Positions 30,062 through 39,882 of a stretch of DNA of 64,000 nucleotides are shown in pieces. Position 1 is the first letter of the stretch, and each line of letters begins with the position of its first letter. The notes beneath the pieces were generated by a model. The model ran no database searches and had not been told where the DNA came from. It saw nothing but the letters and a program-made list of their open reading frames with translations. The stretch is from assembly GCA_016182085.1 (NCBI GenBank), contig JACOYB010000006.1, forward strand, positions 2,015-66,014, read 5' to 3'. The stretch is from Candidatus Magasanikiibacteriota bacterium (lineage in GTDB: Bacteria; Patescibacteriota; Patescibacteriia; Magasanikbacterales; GWA2-37-8). The translations under genes were made by a program, and so were the position numbers.

Positions 30062-31141
30062 ATGCAAATTACAGTTATAAAAAATCAAAACGAATGGAAT
30101 AGTTGGTTTTTACAAAAACCAGAGCCTCATAGCTTTGCCCAATCCTGGGCTTGGGGCGATATTTTAATTTCCGAAGGAAAAAAAGTGGAACGATTAGCGG
30201 TCATAGAAAATGAATTAGTTATAGCGCAAGCGCAGGTGGTGTATAGCCCTATTTTTTTCGGCTGGCAGTATGCCTTTTGTCCCAAAGGGCCGGTGGTTGA
30301 TTCACTCAGAAGTGAAGATGGTAAAATACAAATATATAAAATAATCAAAGAATACTTAAAAAATAAAAATTGTATATTTTTTAGAATTGAACCGGGAGTA
30401 TTGCCGGTTATGCCGCGTTCATTTTTTTTCAAAAAAACAATTGATATCAACCCATCAACCACGCTGCTGCTTAATTTAAACCAAACTGCCGCTCAGTTGC
30501 GCGGCAATATGCATCCTAAAACCAGGTATAATATTGCCCTAGCAGAAAAGAAAAATGTAAAGATTATCCAGGAAAAAAATTTGGAAGTATTTTGGATGCT
30601 GATGAATAAAACCGGAAACCGAGATAAATTCAGTTTGCATCATAAAAAACATTATGAAAAAATATTGGCAGCAGAAAGCGTTTTTCAGCTTACAGCGTAC
30701 TATAACTCGGTGCCGGTCGCGTGCGCCGTATTTATTGGTTTTGGAAATACCTTTACTTATCTATACGGCGCGTCAGATTATGAATATAGAAATTTGATGG
30801 CGCCGTATTTGCTCCAATGGGAAGGTATGGAACTGGGTAATGATTTTGGCAGTAAATGGTATGATTTTTTTGGAGTCGCGCCACGTTTACAGTCGGAGTC
30901 GTCAGCTGTCATTCCCGCCGCTAGCGGGAATCCAGACAATTTAGGTCAACACGGGATTCCCAATCAAGTTGGAAATGACAGCTATAACTATAGCTTCAAA
31001 CACCAGTATGCCGGCGTAACCCGCTTTAAATTGGGTTTTGGTGGCGTTCCCTATGAAGCCCCGGGCACGTTTGATCTGGTGGTTGATAAGAAAAAATATA
31101 AAATATATACTTTGCTTCGGTGGTTGCGGCGGTTATTTTAG
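30062..31141 (+). CDS. FemAB/FemX-family peptidoglycan peptidyltransferase, with in-frame palindrome insertion
   Basis: FAQSWAWG, CPKGP, MHPKTRYNI, YLYGAS, YDFFG, GVTRFKLGFGG. Confidence 0.92.
   Translation: MQITVIKNQNEWNSWFLQKPEPHSFAQSWAWGDILISEGKKVERLAVIENELVIAQAQVVYSPIFFGWQYAFCPKGPVVDSLRSEDGKIQIYKIIKEYLKNKNCIFFRIEPGVLPVMPRSFFFKKTIDINPSTTLLLNLNQTAAQLRGNMHPKTRYNIALAEKKNVKIIQEKNLEVFWMLMNKTGNRDKFSLHHKKHYEKILAAESVFQLTAYYNSVPVACAVFIGFGNTFTYLYGASDYEYRNLMAPYLLQWEGMELGNDFGSKWYDFFGVAPRLQSESSAVIPAASGNPDNLGQHGIPNQVGNDSYNYSFKHQYAGVTRFKLGFGGVPYEAPGTFDLVVDKKKYKIYTLLRWLRRLF
30908..30979. repeat. GTCATTCCC..ATGAC palindrome, 72 bp, in frame within femAB-like gene
   Basis: Encodes VIPAASGNPDNLGQHGIPNQVGND; homologous to 685-752. 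Confidence 0.9.
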
Positions 31142-31152
31142 TTTATGAGTAA

Positions 31153-31224
31153 GTCCTCGTAGTCCAATGGATAGGATACCAGCTTCCGAAGCTGATGGTG
31201 CAGGTTCAATTCCTGCCGGGGGCA
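31153..31224 (+). tRNA. tRNA-Arg(CCG)
   Basis: GTCCTCG..CAGC TTCCGAA GCTG..GGTTCAATTCC..CGGGGGC A. Confidence 0.92.
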
Positions 31225-31317
31225 CTAACCAAAAATCCCTCCGATGTTACATCGGAGGGATTTTTGGTTTAACGAAACCATGTCGCGTAACGTCCTTTGA
31301 GGCGCGGCGCTTAATCT

Positions 31318-33669
31318 TTATTCTTCAGCTGGGTTTGCTTTAGTTGAAGCAGTCTCTTCATTTGTTTTTTTATAATCACATTCTTTACTGCTGCATTTGA
31401 TAACTCCTTTGGCGGCAAAAACCAGTGGCTGTTTGCAGGTCGGGCAGAATTCGCCAGTTGGTTTTTCCCACAACGCATATTCACAATCCGGATAGCGGTT
31501 GCAGCTATAGAATGGCTTGCCGCGCTTGCTGCGGCGCTGCACGATATCGCCCTCGCCACACTTAGGGCACTTCATGTTCATTTTAATTTCAATATTTTTA
31601 ATATTCTTGCATTTAGGATAGCCGGAACATCCTAAAAACGGCCCGAATCGTCCGCGGCGCAGGATCATTGGTTCGCCGCACTTTTCGCATTTTTCGTTTG
31701 CTTCCTCCACCGCTTCTTGCTGTTTGGCTTCCTCGGCGTTTAAAGATTTGGTTGTTTTACACTCCGGATATTTGGTGCAAGCCAAATATTTGCCAAATCG
31801 TCCGGTTTTAATAATCATATCCGAGCCGCACTTTTTACATTTTTCATCGGATTTTTCTTCGGTCAAAACTTTTTTATCTATTTCTTGTTCTTTTTTATCC
31901 AAGTTTTCTTTAAACGGTTTCCAAAAATCACCAATCACCGGCCGCCACTGCTTTTTACCGCGGGCGATTTCATCAAGATTATTTTCCATTTCCGCCGTAA
32001 ATTCATAATCTACGACATGGTGGAAATGTTCTACTAGTAAATCGTTAACAATATAGGCGATGTCTTTGGGGGCAAACCTTTTTTGTTCGTTGCGCTCAAT
32101 ATAGCCCCGATCCTCAATCGTAGAAATTGTGGGAGCATAGGTAGAAGGCCGGCCAATGCCATAATTTTCCATAGCTTTTACGAGTGTTGCGTCCGAGTAT
32201 CTGGCCGGAGGTTCGGTAAAATGCTGTTCCGGTTTAAGTTCGTTACAGGTAAGCGGTTCGTTATTCTTAAGCTGCGGCAAGAGATTTTCTTTGGCTCTAT
32301 CCGGGAACAGCTTTAAGAAACCATCAAAGACAATAGTTTGGCCATTGGCTCGGAATTTATAATCATTTTGGCTAGATATATCTATCGTAGTGGCATTTAG
32401 CTCGGCTGGGGCCATCTGGGTGGCAACAGCGCGTCTCCAGATAAGGTCATAAAGCCTGAATTGTTGTCTGTCTAGGTATTGTTCTATAGACTCGGGTGTG
32501 CGCATAGCTTCGGTAGGTCGTACGGCTTCGTGGGCTTCTTGAGCGTTTTTACTTTTATTATTATAAATTCTAGGAGAATCCAGCTGATATTTTTTGCCAA
32601 AATTATTACCGATAGTATCTTTGGCATCAGCCAAAAATTTTTCCGAAAGATTAACCGCGTCCGTACGCATGTAGGTAATCAGACCTACGGATCCTTCAGT
32701 TCCAAGTTCTATGCCCTCGTATAATTGCTGCGCCAAACGCATAGTCTGTTTGGCCGAAAAACCAAGATGACTGTTGGCTTCTTGTTGGAGGGTAGAAGTG
32801 GTAAATGGGGGAGAAGGCAAGCGTTTGGTTTTTTTCTCTTCCACGTTTTCTACTATATAAGTAGTTTTTTCTAAATCAGCCAAAATTTTGTCTATCTCCG
32901 CTTTAGTTTTTATATCTAGCTTATCTATTTTTTTGTCTTTGATCGCAATGAGCTTTGCGGTCAAGCAATTGTCATTCCCAACGAATTGGGAATCCAGTGT
33001 CCGGTTGTCTGGATTCCCGCTGGAGTTTATCCCGTGCTCCGACACGGGAGCGGGAATGACAAGCGACGAGTCGGAATGACAGAACAGCCCCTCGATACTC
33101 CAGTACTCTTCCGGGTTAAAAGCTTTTATTTCTCTTTCTCGTTCTACAATCAGGCGCACAGCCACCGATTGCACGCGTCCGGCCGACAAACCCTTGGCTA
33201 CTTTGCGCCACAAAAATGGAGATAGTTCATAACCCACTAATCTGTCCAAGATTCGGCGAGCTTGTTGCGCGTCTACCATTTTTAAATCTAGCGGGCGTGG
33301 ATTTTCTAGAGCATGCATTATGGCGGTTTTGGTAATTTCATGGAATACAATGCGTTTGGCGTCTTTTGGTTCAATTCCCAAAATATTGGCCAAGTGCCAA
33401 GAGATAGCTTCTCCTTCTCGGTCCTCATCGGTAGCAAATAGGATACCATCGCATTTTTTGGCCGCTTCTTTTAGTTCTTTGGCTACTTTGGTTTTGTCGC
33501 GGCTTACAATATAATGAGGTTCAAAATTATGTTCTACATCCACCCCCAGTTTGCTTTTTGGCAAATCACGGACATGGCCAAAAGAAGACTTCACAACAAA
33601 GTTTCTGCCCAAAAATTTGGAAATAGTTTTGGCTTTAGTAGGGGATTCTACGATGACTAAATTTTTCAT
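31318..33669 (-). CDS. topA: DNA topoisomerase I with C-terminal Zn ribbons and an in-frame palindrome insertion
   Basis: LVIVESPTKAKTI, ATDEDREGEAI, SAGRVQS, ITYMRTD, GIGRPSTYA. Confidence 0.98.
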   Translation of the reverse strand: MKNLVIVESPTKAKTISKFLGRNFVVKSSFGHVRDLPKSKLGVDVEHNFEPHYIVSRDKTKVAKELKEAAKKCDGILFATDEDREGEAISWHLANILGIEPKDAKRIVFHEITKTAIMHALENPRPLDLKMVDAQQARRILDRLVGYELSPFLWRKVAKGLSAGRVQSVAVRLIVEREREIKAFNPEEYWSIEGLFCHSDSSLVIPAPVSEHGINSSGNPDNRTLDSQFVGNDNCLTAKLIAIKDKKIDKLDIKTKAEIDKILADLEKTTYIVENVEEKKTKRLPSPPFTTSTLQQEANSHLGFSAKQTMRLAQQLYEGIELGTEGSVGLITYMRTDAVNLSEKFLADAKDTIGNNFGKKYQLDSPRIYNNKSKNAQEAHEAVRPTEAMRTPESIEQYLDRQQFRLYDLIWRRAVATQMAPAELNATTIDISSQNDYKFRANGQTIVFDGFLKLFPDRAKENLLPQLKNNEPLTCNELKPEQHFTEPPARYSDATLVKAMENYGIGRPSTYAPTISTIEDRGYIERNEQKRFAPKDIAYIVNDLLVEHFHHVVDYEFTAEMENNLDEIARGKKQWRPVIGDFWKPFKENLDKKEQEIDKKVLTEEKSDEKCKKCGSDMIIKTGRFGKYLACTKYPECKTTKSLNAEEAKQQEAVEEANEKCEKCGEPMILRRGRFGPFLGCSGYPKCKNIKNIEIKMNMKCPKCGEGDIVQRRSKRGKPFYSCNRYPDCEYALWEKPTGEFCPTCKQPLVFAAKGVIKCSSKECDYKKTNEETASTKANPAEE
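32971..33080. repeat. Composite GTCATTCCC..GGAATGAC palindrome inside topA
   Basis: Encodes CHSDSSLVIPAPVSEHGINSSGNPDNRTLDSQFVGND. Confidence 0.9.
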
Positions 33670-33785
33670 AATCGAAATGAGTGAGTAAATATATAAGCTT
33701 GCTTATTTATTTACGAGCGAATGAGTTTATTTACAAGCGAAGTGAGTGAAAAGGACATTTATGTGCTTTTCCGAACAAGCGCAGT
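33670..33785 (-). repeat. Two tandem start-codon-abutting hairpin cassettes upstream of topA
   Basis: Minus strand ACTCATTCGCTCGTAAAT..ATTTACTCACTCATTTCGATT-ATG plus a degenerate upstream copy. Confidence 0.8.
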
Positions 33786-33889
33786 AAATATGGAAACCTA
33801 TATATGAGCTTTGCCCTATTTTATTGAAAAATAGAAGTTACAAGAATTAAAGATAATATAAATTATACCATTTGTCAACCGGGGCCATA

Positions 33890-34969
33890 TTATCTCACAA
33901 TATAATTCATCCCGCCCAAGTTGCGAACTCGCCCTTTCATCTCCATTAAAACCAGGGCGCTATTTACCGTCGGGCTCTCTAAACCGGTGGTTTTTATAAT
34001 CAAATCTATATGCACCGGTTCTTTGGAAAGACACTCCAATATCCTGGCTTCGGTGGCGTTGGTCGGTACAGTTTTTTTATCGTTTACTATTTCTTTCAGT
34101 TCTTGGATGTTTAAAGCCTCTAAAACATCTTTGGCTTCAGCAACCAATTTTGCTCCCATTTTTATTAAATTATTTGGGCCAATGCCGGTGGGAGAGTTAA
34201 TAGGGTGGGGAACAGCAAAAACTTCGCGGTTATAATCAAGAGCGCAACGGGTAGTAATAAGAGCACCAGAAATTTCGGCTGCTTCTATAATTAGTGTGCC
34301 TAAACTGAGGCCGGCAATAATACGATTGCGAGCCGGAAAAGAATAAGCGGTTGGCGCAAACCCTGGTGGGTATTCGGAAATTACCGCTCCGCCGGAGGCG
34401 ATAATCTGTTCGGCCAGCAAATTATGAGTGGTAGGAGCCACAGTTTTTTTATCTATGCCGCCGCCCAAAACCGCAACCGTGATCCCGCCATTATCAAGTG
34501 TGGTCTGGTGCGCGATACCGTCTATGCCAAGAGCTAGACCGCTTACAATTACCACGCCTTGTTTGGCTAAAGGGCCCACGATTTCTTCACAAGCAAGCTT
34601 GCCATACGCGGTATATTTTCTGGTGCCAACTACGCCTATAGCCGGCGATTCGTCCGGTGGCAGTATGCCGCGAACAAACAATGTGTGCGGCGGATCGTTT
34701 ATTTCTTTTAAGAGTTTAGGAAATCCCGGTTCGGTTATAGATACCGTTTGTATTTGTTCTTTTTCCAGTCGTTCCATGATCTTGTCTATGGGGTTGTCTT
34801 CGCGCCAGGATAAAAATTCATGAGCAATATTCTCTTCCAGTCCGGCCGGCACCAGGTCGCTTATTTCCGCCTCCCAAAGATTTTTGAAATTAGAAAAATA
34901 AGCCGCCAATTTTTGGTAGCGGTTGTAGGTGATTTTGGGGAAGTGAGCCAGGGCGGCGTGGTATTTCAT
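33890..34969 (-). CDS. dprA: DNA-processing protein DprA
   Basis: VVGTRK, IVSGLALGIDG, FPARNRIIAGLS, GALIT, C-terminal winged helix. Confidence 0.97.
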   Translation of the reverse strand: MKYHAALAHFPKITYNRYQKLAAYFSNFKNLWEAEISDLVPAGLEENIAHEFLSWREDNPIDKIMERLEKEQIQTVSITEPGFPKLLKEINDPPHTLFVRGILPPDESPAIGVVGTRKYTAYGKLACEEIVGPLAKQGVVIVSGLALGIDGIAHQTTLDNGGITVAVLGGGIDKKTVAPTTHNLLAEQIIASGGAVISEYPPGFAPTAYSFPARNRIIAGLSLGTLIIEAAEISGALITTRCALDYNREVFAVPHPINSPTGIGPNNLIKMGAKLVAEAKDVLEALNIQELKEIVNDKKTVPTNATEARILECLSKEPVHIDLIIKTTGLESPTVNSALVLMEMKGRVRNLGGMNYIVR

Positions 34970-35011
34970 GGTGAGGAGTAGAGAGTAAGTGGTAAGGAGT
35001 AGTGTTTGTTT

Positions 35012-35215
35012 GTCATCCCGCCTGCCCGCCCTGTCGTTGGCGGGAGTGAGGCCTTAGCCGACGAGGGATCTAGGGTTGTCATTCCCGCCACAGCGGGAAT
35101 CCAGTATCCAATCAAATCGACTGGATCCCCGCTGTGGCGAGGATGACAACTGTGCAGACAGAGATTCCCTACCTACCGCAGGTAGGCTCACCCCTGCGAA
35201 GGGATTCGGAATGAC
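35012..35215. repeat. Multiply nested GTCAT..ATGAC palindrome (inner unit 35078-35147)
   Basis: Outer element also carries CCCGCC..GGCGGG and CCTACC..GGTAGG mini-hairpins. Confidence 0.9.
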
Positions 35216-35218
35216 AGC

Positions 35219-35752
35219 TTAAATCAGTGTCTCAATTTCTTTAATAATATTTTTCGCTACTGTATCTAAAATCTTTTTTTCGGCAGCTGTGAATTTTCCC
35301 AACACAAAGCCAGCGGTGTCTTTTATCTTTTCTTGTTCTTTTGGCGCCACGCCCACGCGAATGCGAGTAAAGTTTTGCGTGCCTAGATGTTCTATAATTG
35401 ATTTGATGCCATTATGTCCCGCTGGCCCGCGATTGGTCTGTATGCGCGTTTCTCCCAAAGGAATATCTTTATCATCATGAATAACAATTAAATTTTCCGG
35501 TTTTAGTTTATAAAAATTAAGTAAGGCCTGAACCGCTACGCCAGAGTTATTCATATAGGTTTGAGGCATGGCCAGGGCAGTGCGCTTTTTATTTATTTTA
35601 CCTTTGCTGATTAAAGCATTTGATTTTTTATCAAAATTCCAATCTGCAAATTCAAATGTGGCGAGCAGTTTTTCTAATATTAAAAAACCGGCATTATGAC
35701 GAGTGTCGGTATATTCTTTTTCCGGATTGCCCAAGCCGATTATAAGTTTCAT
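35219..35752 (-). CDS. pth: Peptidyl-tRNA hydrolase
   Basis: IIGLGNP..Y..TRHNAGF, PQTYMNNSG, IHDDKD, GHNGIKSI. Confidence 0.97.
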   Translation of the reverse strand: MKLIIGLGNPEKEYTDTRHNAGFLILEKLLATFEFADWNFDKKSNALISKGKINKKRTALAMPQTYMNNSGVAVQALLNFYKLKPENLIVIHDDKDIPLGETRIQTNRGPAGHNGIKSIIEHLGTQNFTRIRVGVAPKEQEKIKDTAGFVLGKFTAAEKKILDTVAKNIIKEIETLI

Positions 35753-36033
35753 ATTGTTTTTAACTTTGCCAGGGCGCTCTCAATATCTCCGTTTAATTCT
35801 TTCAGTTTGCGTATTCTTTCTTGACCCGACAGATTTTCTACTGTTTCATACTCAGTTCCTATTCTTTGAATCTCGCTAATCAATAGTGCCGTGGTACGAT
35901 TAGGGCCTTCTGTCAGCCTTTCTTTATTTTGCGCGAGTCTCTTTAATTCTGTCCCAGTATTTGACAGCAGGTCAATAAGTTTTTTATTTAAAGTATCCTC
36001 CATGTCTGTTATGGGAGATTCTTTTTCGCTCAT
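35749..36033 (-). CDS. Hypothetical protein
   Basis: 94-aa ORF with ATGA overlaps to der and pth. Confidence 0.65.
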   Translation of the reverse strand: MSEKESPITDMEDTLNKKLIDLLSNTGTELKRLAQNKERLTEGPNRTTALLISEIQRIGTEYETVENLSGQERIRKLKELNGDIESALAKLKTI

Positions 36034-37409
36034 ATATTCGTAATATTTCTCCTAAGCTTTGTTAGTTTTATCACAATCGGCGTGGCAAAAAATCCAAACC
36101 GCTGGCGTAAACGATTTTCTATATAGCGCACATAAGAAAAATGCACGGAGGTTTTGAATTTTATCATCATTTCAAATAGAGGCGGATTGTTGTGCAACTG
36201 ATGAAATGCCATGATTTGCGGATGGCGGGTACCCTTGCCGCGGGATGGCCGATGTTCTTTGGTGACAGTTTTAATAAATTCCTGCAATTCTTCGTCAGGG
36301 ATAATAACATGACGCTCTTCCCAAGCGCGGAAAATCAACGGAAATATTTGGTGTACTTTATATTTTGTTTTGGCGCTGGTAATAACAATCGGCGCGAAAG
36401 TTAAATGAGGGAAGTCGGCGTAAATTCTTTCTTTAACTTCGTTTCTAAATTCTTCGCTATGGTCTTCCACTAAATCCCATTTGTTTATAAGAATAATCGT
36501 GCTGCGCGTATTTTCTCGCAATAATCCGGCGAGCTGCTGATCTTGGGTGGTGATTGGTTCGCTGGCATCAAGCACCAAAAGTACAATATCAGCTTTTTTT
36601 ATCATATTAAGGCTTTTGCCAATGCCGGCTCTTTCTAGTTCTCCGGAAACTTTTGCTTTTCTTCTGATACCGGCAGTATCTACAAACAGAATCGGTTTAC
36701 CATCAACTTCTACCAGTGTATCATGCGGTTCACGGGTCGTGTGGGGGAGCGAACTGACAATAACCTGTTCTTTGCCGATTAGGTCGTTAAAGAGTGAAGA
36801 CTTGCCCACGTTGGGTTTGCCAATAAGCGCAACCTTAATTGGGCTCATCTCTTTTGTCTTTTTTGGTTTTTTGGCGGTTTTGCCCAAGCGTTTAAATATT
36901 TCATCAAGCAAGTTGCCAACATTAGAGCCATTGGCCGCCGAAACAGGGAACGGTTCGCCAAGTCCCAATCTGCGCCACTCGCCACTATGAATATCCACGC
37001 GAAGTCGTTCGTTGTCCGCTTTATTGGCAACAAAGAGTATTCTATTTTTTTCTTTAATAAAACGTTTGGCCAGTTCGCGTTCCTGTGGCAATAGTCCGGC
37101 CTGGACATCCACTACAAACAAAATCAAATCTGCTTCGCGCAGGGCAAGTTCGGTTTGTTTGACTATCTCTTCTTCCAATTCTACGTCTTCGGAAAAAGTA
37201 ATGCCGCCCGTATCTACCAGGGTAAAATTTTTACCTCGCCAGTGCACGGCCCCGATATTTCTGGTTCGGGTAGTGCCGGCTATATCTGAAACAATCGCTT
37301 TATTTTCCTCCAGCATTTTGTTAAACAGGCTGGATTTGCCAACATTAACTCGGCCAACGAGAGCAACCGTAGGTAAATTGGTATCAATGATTTTTGCGGG
37401 CGTAGCCAT
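36030..37409 (-). CDS. der: Ribosome biogenesis GTPase Der (EngA)
   Basis: Tandem G domains GRVNVGKSS and GKPNVGKSS, DTAGIRR. Confidence 0.97.
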   Translation of the reverse strand: MATPAKIIDTNLPTVALVGRVNVGKSSLFNKMLEENKAIVSDIAGTTRTRNIGAVHWRGKNFTLVDTGGITFSEDVELEEEIVKQTELALREADLILFVVDVQAGLLPQERELAKRFIKEKNRILFVANKADNERLRVDIHSGEWRRLGLGEPFPVSAANGSNVGNLLDEIFKRLGKTAKKPKKTKEMSPIKVALIGKPNVGKSSLFNDLIGKEQVIVSSLPHTTREPHDTLVEVDGKPILFVDTAGIRRKAKVSGELERAGIGKSLNMIKKADIVLLVLDASEPITTQDQQLAGLLRENTRSTIILINKWDLVEDHSEEFRNEVKERIYADFPHLTFAPIVITSAKTKYKVHQIFPLIFRAWEERHVIIPDEELQEFIKTVTKEHRPSRGKGTRHPQIMAFHQLHNNPPLFEMMIKFKTSVHFSYVRYIENRLRQRFGFFATPIVIKLTKLRRNITNI

Positions 37410-37470
37410 ATGCGAAATAAGTATGTGTGGGTTTTAGCCCCTATATATAAAAAATTCCAAATTCTATATT

Positions 37471-38955
37471 CTAAATCGCATCTTCTCCCAGAATCACTAT
37501 AATATCTGGTTTTGATCTAGAAGTGGTTGTAGCCTCATTATATGTTAGCGCAAGCCATTCTGGCAAATCGGTACTGGAAGAAGCGTTTAGTTCTTTGGAA
37601 AGCGTACCCACCGTGGTATTTGGGACATTACTGTTTACTATATATATAGTAGTGATAGAAATTGGTCGTTTGGCGCTATTGCCAACGCTTGAAATAAAGA
37701 GGCCCTTTGTTTCCAGTTGTTGCTTTTTTAAAGCTGCCAGCCCGGCTTGCCAAGTGCCGTTTTGGATTTCAATACTGGCGTTAGGAATGGCCATGGAAGC
37801 AGGCGTTTGTTTTGGCTGGATTTGTCCGGTGGCAAGAGCAGACGCGGAAGCGGTTGTCGGGGTACTCGTTGCTTCAAAAATATTATTTATAGCATCCTTG
37901 ATTTCGGAAAAATTTCCGGTTTTAGGTATAAGCAGATACGCGCCGCCTTCGCCAGTTATGGGTTTTAAAAATCCCGTAGGCGCGTCGTTTAAAACCAATG
38001 TTTTTATTTCATCATTTTGTATTTCTTTTCCTAGACTGGCTAAAAACATTATCTGTCCGAAATCAATATTGGTTTCAACGTGTTTGGATAGGGAAGAGAT
38101 AACTCGTTGTAACGTCATGGGGTTTAAGAATGTTTCACTGGTAAGCAGTTTTTTCTTAAAGGCAGTAAGCATAAGTTGTTGGCGTTTGGCTCGGGCAAAA
38201 TCCGAACCCTCGCCGTTTGAACCATGGCGGGAGCGGGTAAAAATGAGCGCTTGTTCGCCGCTCATCTGCTGCAGTCCGGCTTGAAAAGATACGGTTCGGT
38301 ATGAATCATTTGGGCCAGGATAAGCAGTATCGGTAAATGATCGTTGTACATCTACTTCAATGCCGCCAATCGCATCTATGATTTCTTGGAAGGCGGCAAA
38401 GTCCACGCGCGCGTAATAGGGGATGCTGATGCTAAATGTTTCTTCAAAAATTTTACGTGCGTATTCTCCGCCACCGCCCGCAGCCTCGGCTTCACCAAAA
38501 GCATTAGCATTATTTATTTTTCTCACTCCGTGTCCGGGAATTTTTACGGCCAAGTCGCGGGGCACTGATACCATGGAAACTTCCTTAGTGCTTGGTTTGA
38601 TGCTTAAAATAATATTGGTGTCGCTTAAAAATGGGCCATCGTGTCCAAGGCCGCCAATACCAAGCAGTAGAATATTTATCCGATCCTCACTTTGGCCAAT
38701 CATTACGTTGTCGGATTTGAAAATAAAGTTTCTAACGGTTTGCAGGAAGCCAATTTTTTTCGGTTTAAGCGTAACCGGATCATAATCAGACGGGCTGCTT
38801 GGCCATGTGTTCATCATGTTGTAATTTCGCAGCAGTAGTAAACCCATAATAACCGCGCCCAAAATTAAAAACACCGCCCATTTTGCCTTGGTTTTTTGGG
38901 GAGGAGTGAGGGGGTAGCGTTGAGGTTGGAGTAAATTTATTTTCTGATCATCCAT
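37471..38955 (-). CDS. LCP (LytR-CpsA-Psr) family protein with LytR_C domain
   Basis: INILLLGIGG, SDT, SVPRDL, KINNA, SDFARAKRQQ; IEIQNGT..GLA. Confidence 0.92.
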   Translation of the reverse strand: MDDQKINLLQPQRYPLTPPQKTKAKWAVFLILGAVIMGLLLLRNYNMMNTWPSSPSDYDPVTLKPKKIGFLQTVRNFIFKSDNVMIGQSEDRINILLLGIGGLGHDGPFLSDTNIILSIKPSTKEVSMVSVPRDLAVKIPGHGVRKINNANAFGEAEAAGGGGEYARKIFEETFSISIPYYARVDFAAFQEIIDAIGGIEVDVQRSFTDTAYPGPNDSYRTVSFQAGLQQMSGEQALIFTRSRHGSNGEGSDFARAKRQQLMLTAFKKKLLTSETFLNPMTLQRVISSLSKHVETNIDFGQIMFLASLGKEIQNDEIKTLVLNDAPTGFLKPITGEGGAYLLIPKTGNFSEIKDAINNIFEATSTPTTASASALATGQIQPKQTPASMAIPNASIEIQNGTWQAGLAALKKQQLETKGLFISSVGNSAKRPISITTIYIVNSNVPNTTVGTLSKELNASSSTDLPEWLALTYNEATTTSRSKPDIIVILGEDAI

Positions 38956-39087
38956 GGTGTTTGGGCTTAAAAACTAAAACCGGTTCAGTGAAATTTAATT
39001 TTAACATATTAAAAACATAAAGGCAATTTATCCTTTACCGACAGATATTAATTGTGTTATACTTTAGAAAAAGGAGGTCGCGCTTGC

Positions 39088-39164
39088 GGCCACTTGGCTC
39101 AGTTGGTTAGAGCGTTGCATTCACATTGCAAAGGTCACTGGTTCAAATCCAGTAGTGGCTACCA
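39088..39164 (+). tRNA. tRNA-Val(CAC)
   Basis: GGCCACTTGGCTCAGTTGGTTAGAGC..TTGCA TTCACAT TGCAA..GGTTCAAATCC..AGTGGCT ACCA. Confidence 0.93.
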
Positions 39165-39179
39165 AAAAAATTAACATAT

Positions 39180-39686
39180 ATGCCAATCAATTTAAATAAA
39201 CAAGAAGCAAACACCGGTGATCTGGTTTTTTCCTGGACCGTAAAAGAATATGAAGAACACGACCGAAGCCCTCGTTGGTATTTGGTAATGGGCTTAATTG
39301 GAGCTGCCCTCTTGCTTTTTTCTGTTATTTCTGGTAATTATCTATTTGCGCTTATAGTCGTACTATTTGGCATTATCCTGTTTTTGCAGGATACCCAGCG
39401 GCCGATGGAAGTTTTCTTCGGTGTTACCGAAGCAGGCTTAATTGTAGGTGATAAGTATTATCCGTTTAAGGAGCTATCCAAGTATTGGATAGTCTATAAT
39501 CCGCCGGAAGTAAAAAATATCTATTTTGTAACCACGAGCATTTTAAAACATCGTTTACAGGTTCCGCTGCTTGATAATGATCCGCGCCCGGTTAGGGATT
39601 TTCTCAATCAATTTATTGTGGAAGACGTGGATCAGGAGGAGGAGCCCTTAAGCGACCGGTTGGGCAGGGTTTTCAAAATACATTAA
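39180..39686 (+). CDS. Hypothetical two-TM membrane protein
   Basis: FSW...EY..H.R...WY then two hydrophobic helices. Confidence 0.75.
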   Translation: MPINLNKQEANTGDLVFSWTVKEYEEHDRSPRWYLVMGLIGAALLLFSVISGNYLFALIVVLFGIILFLQDTQRPMEVFFGVTEAGLIVGDKYYPFKELSKYWIVYNPPEVKNIYFVTTSILKHRLQVPLLDNDPRPVRDFLNQFIVEDVDQEEEPLSDRLGRVFKIH

Positions 39687-39725
39687 AATTACAATCCCGA
39701 CGCCAGTCGGGGTTGCTGTATACAT

Positions 39726-39797
39726 GCACTCGTCGTTCAATGGATAGGACGCCAGCTTGCGGAGCTGGCGATCTAGGTTCGATTCCTAGCGAGTGCA
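39726..39797 (+). tRNA. tRNA-Arg(GCG)
   Basis: GCACTCG..CCAGC TTGCGGA GCTGG..GGTTCGATTCC..CGAGTGC A. Confidence 0.92.
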
Positions 39798-39882
39798 CAA
39801 TGGAAACAACTACGAATCCGTAGTTGTTTTGTTTTAAATACAAAGAGCAGGAACTTGCCTGCTCTTAACTCCTTACTTTGCC

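Noticed and set aside
37523-38284. 253-aa antisense ORF in the LCP gene and similar antisense ORFs in pnp, der and rnj
   Set aside because: Shadow frames of well-supported genes with no independent motifs.
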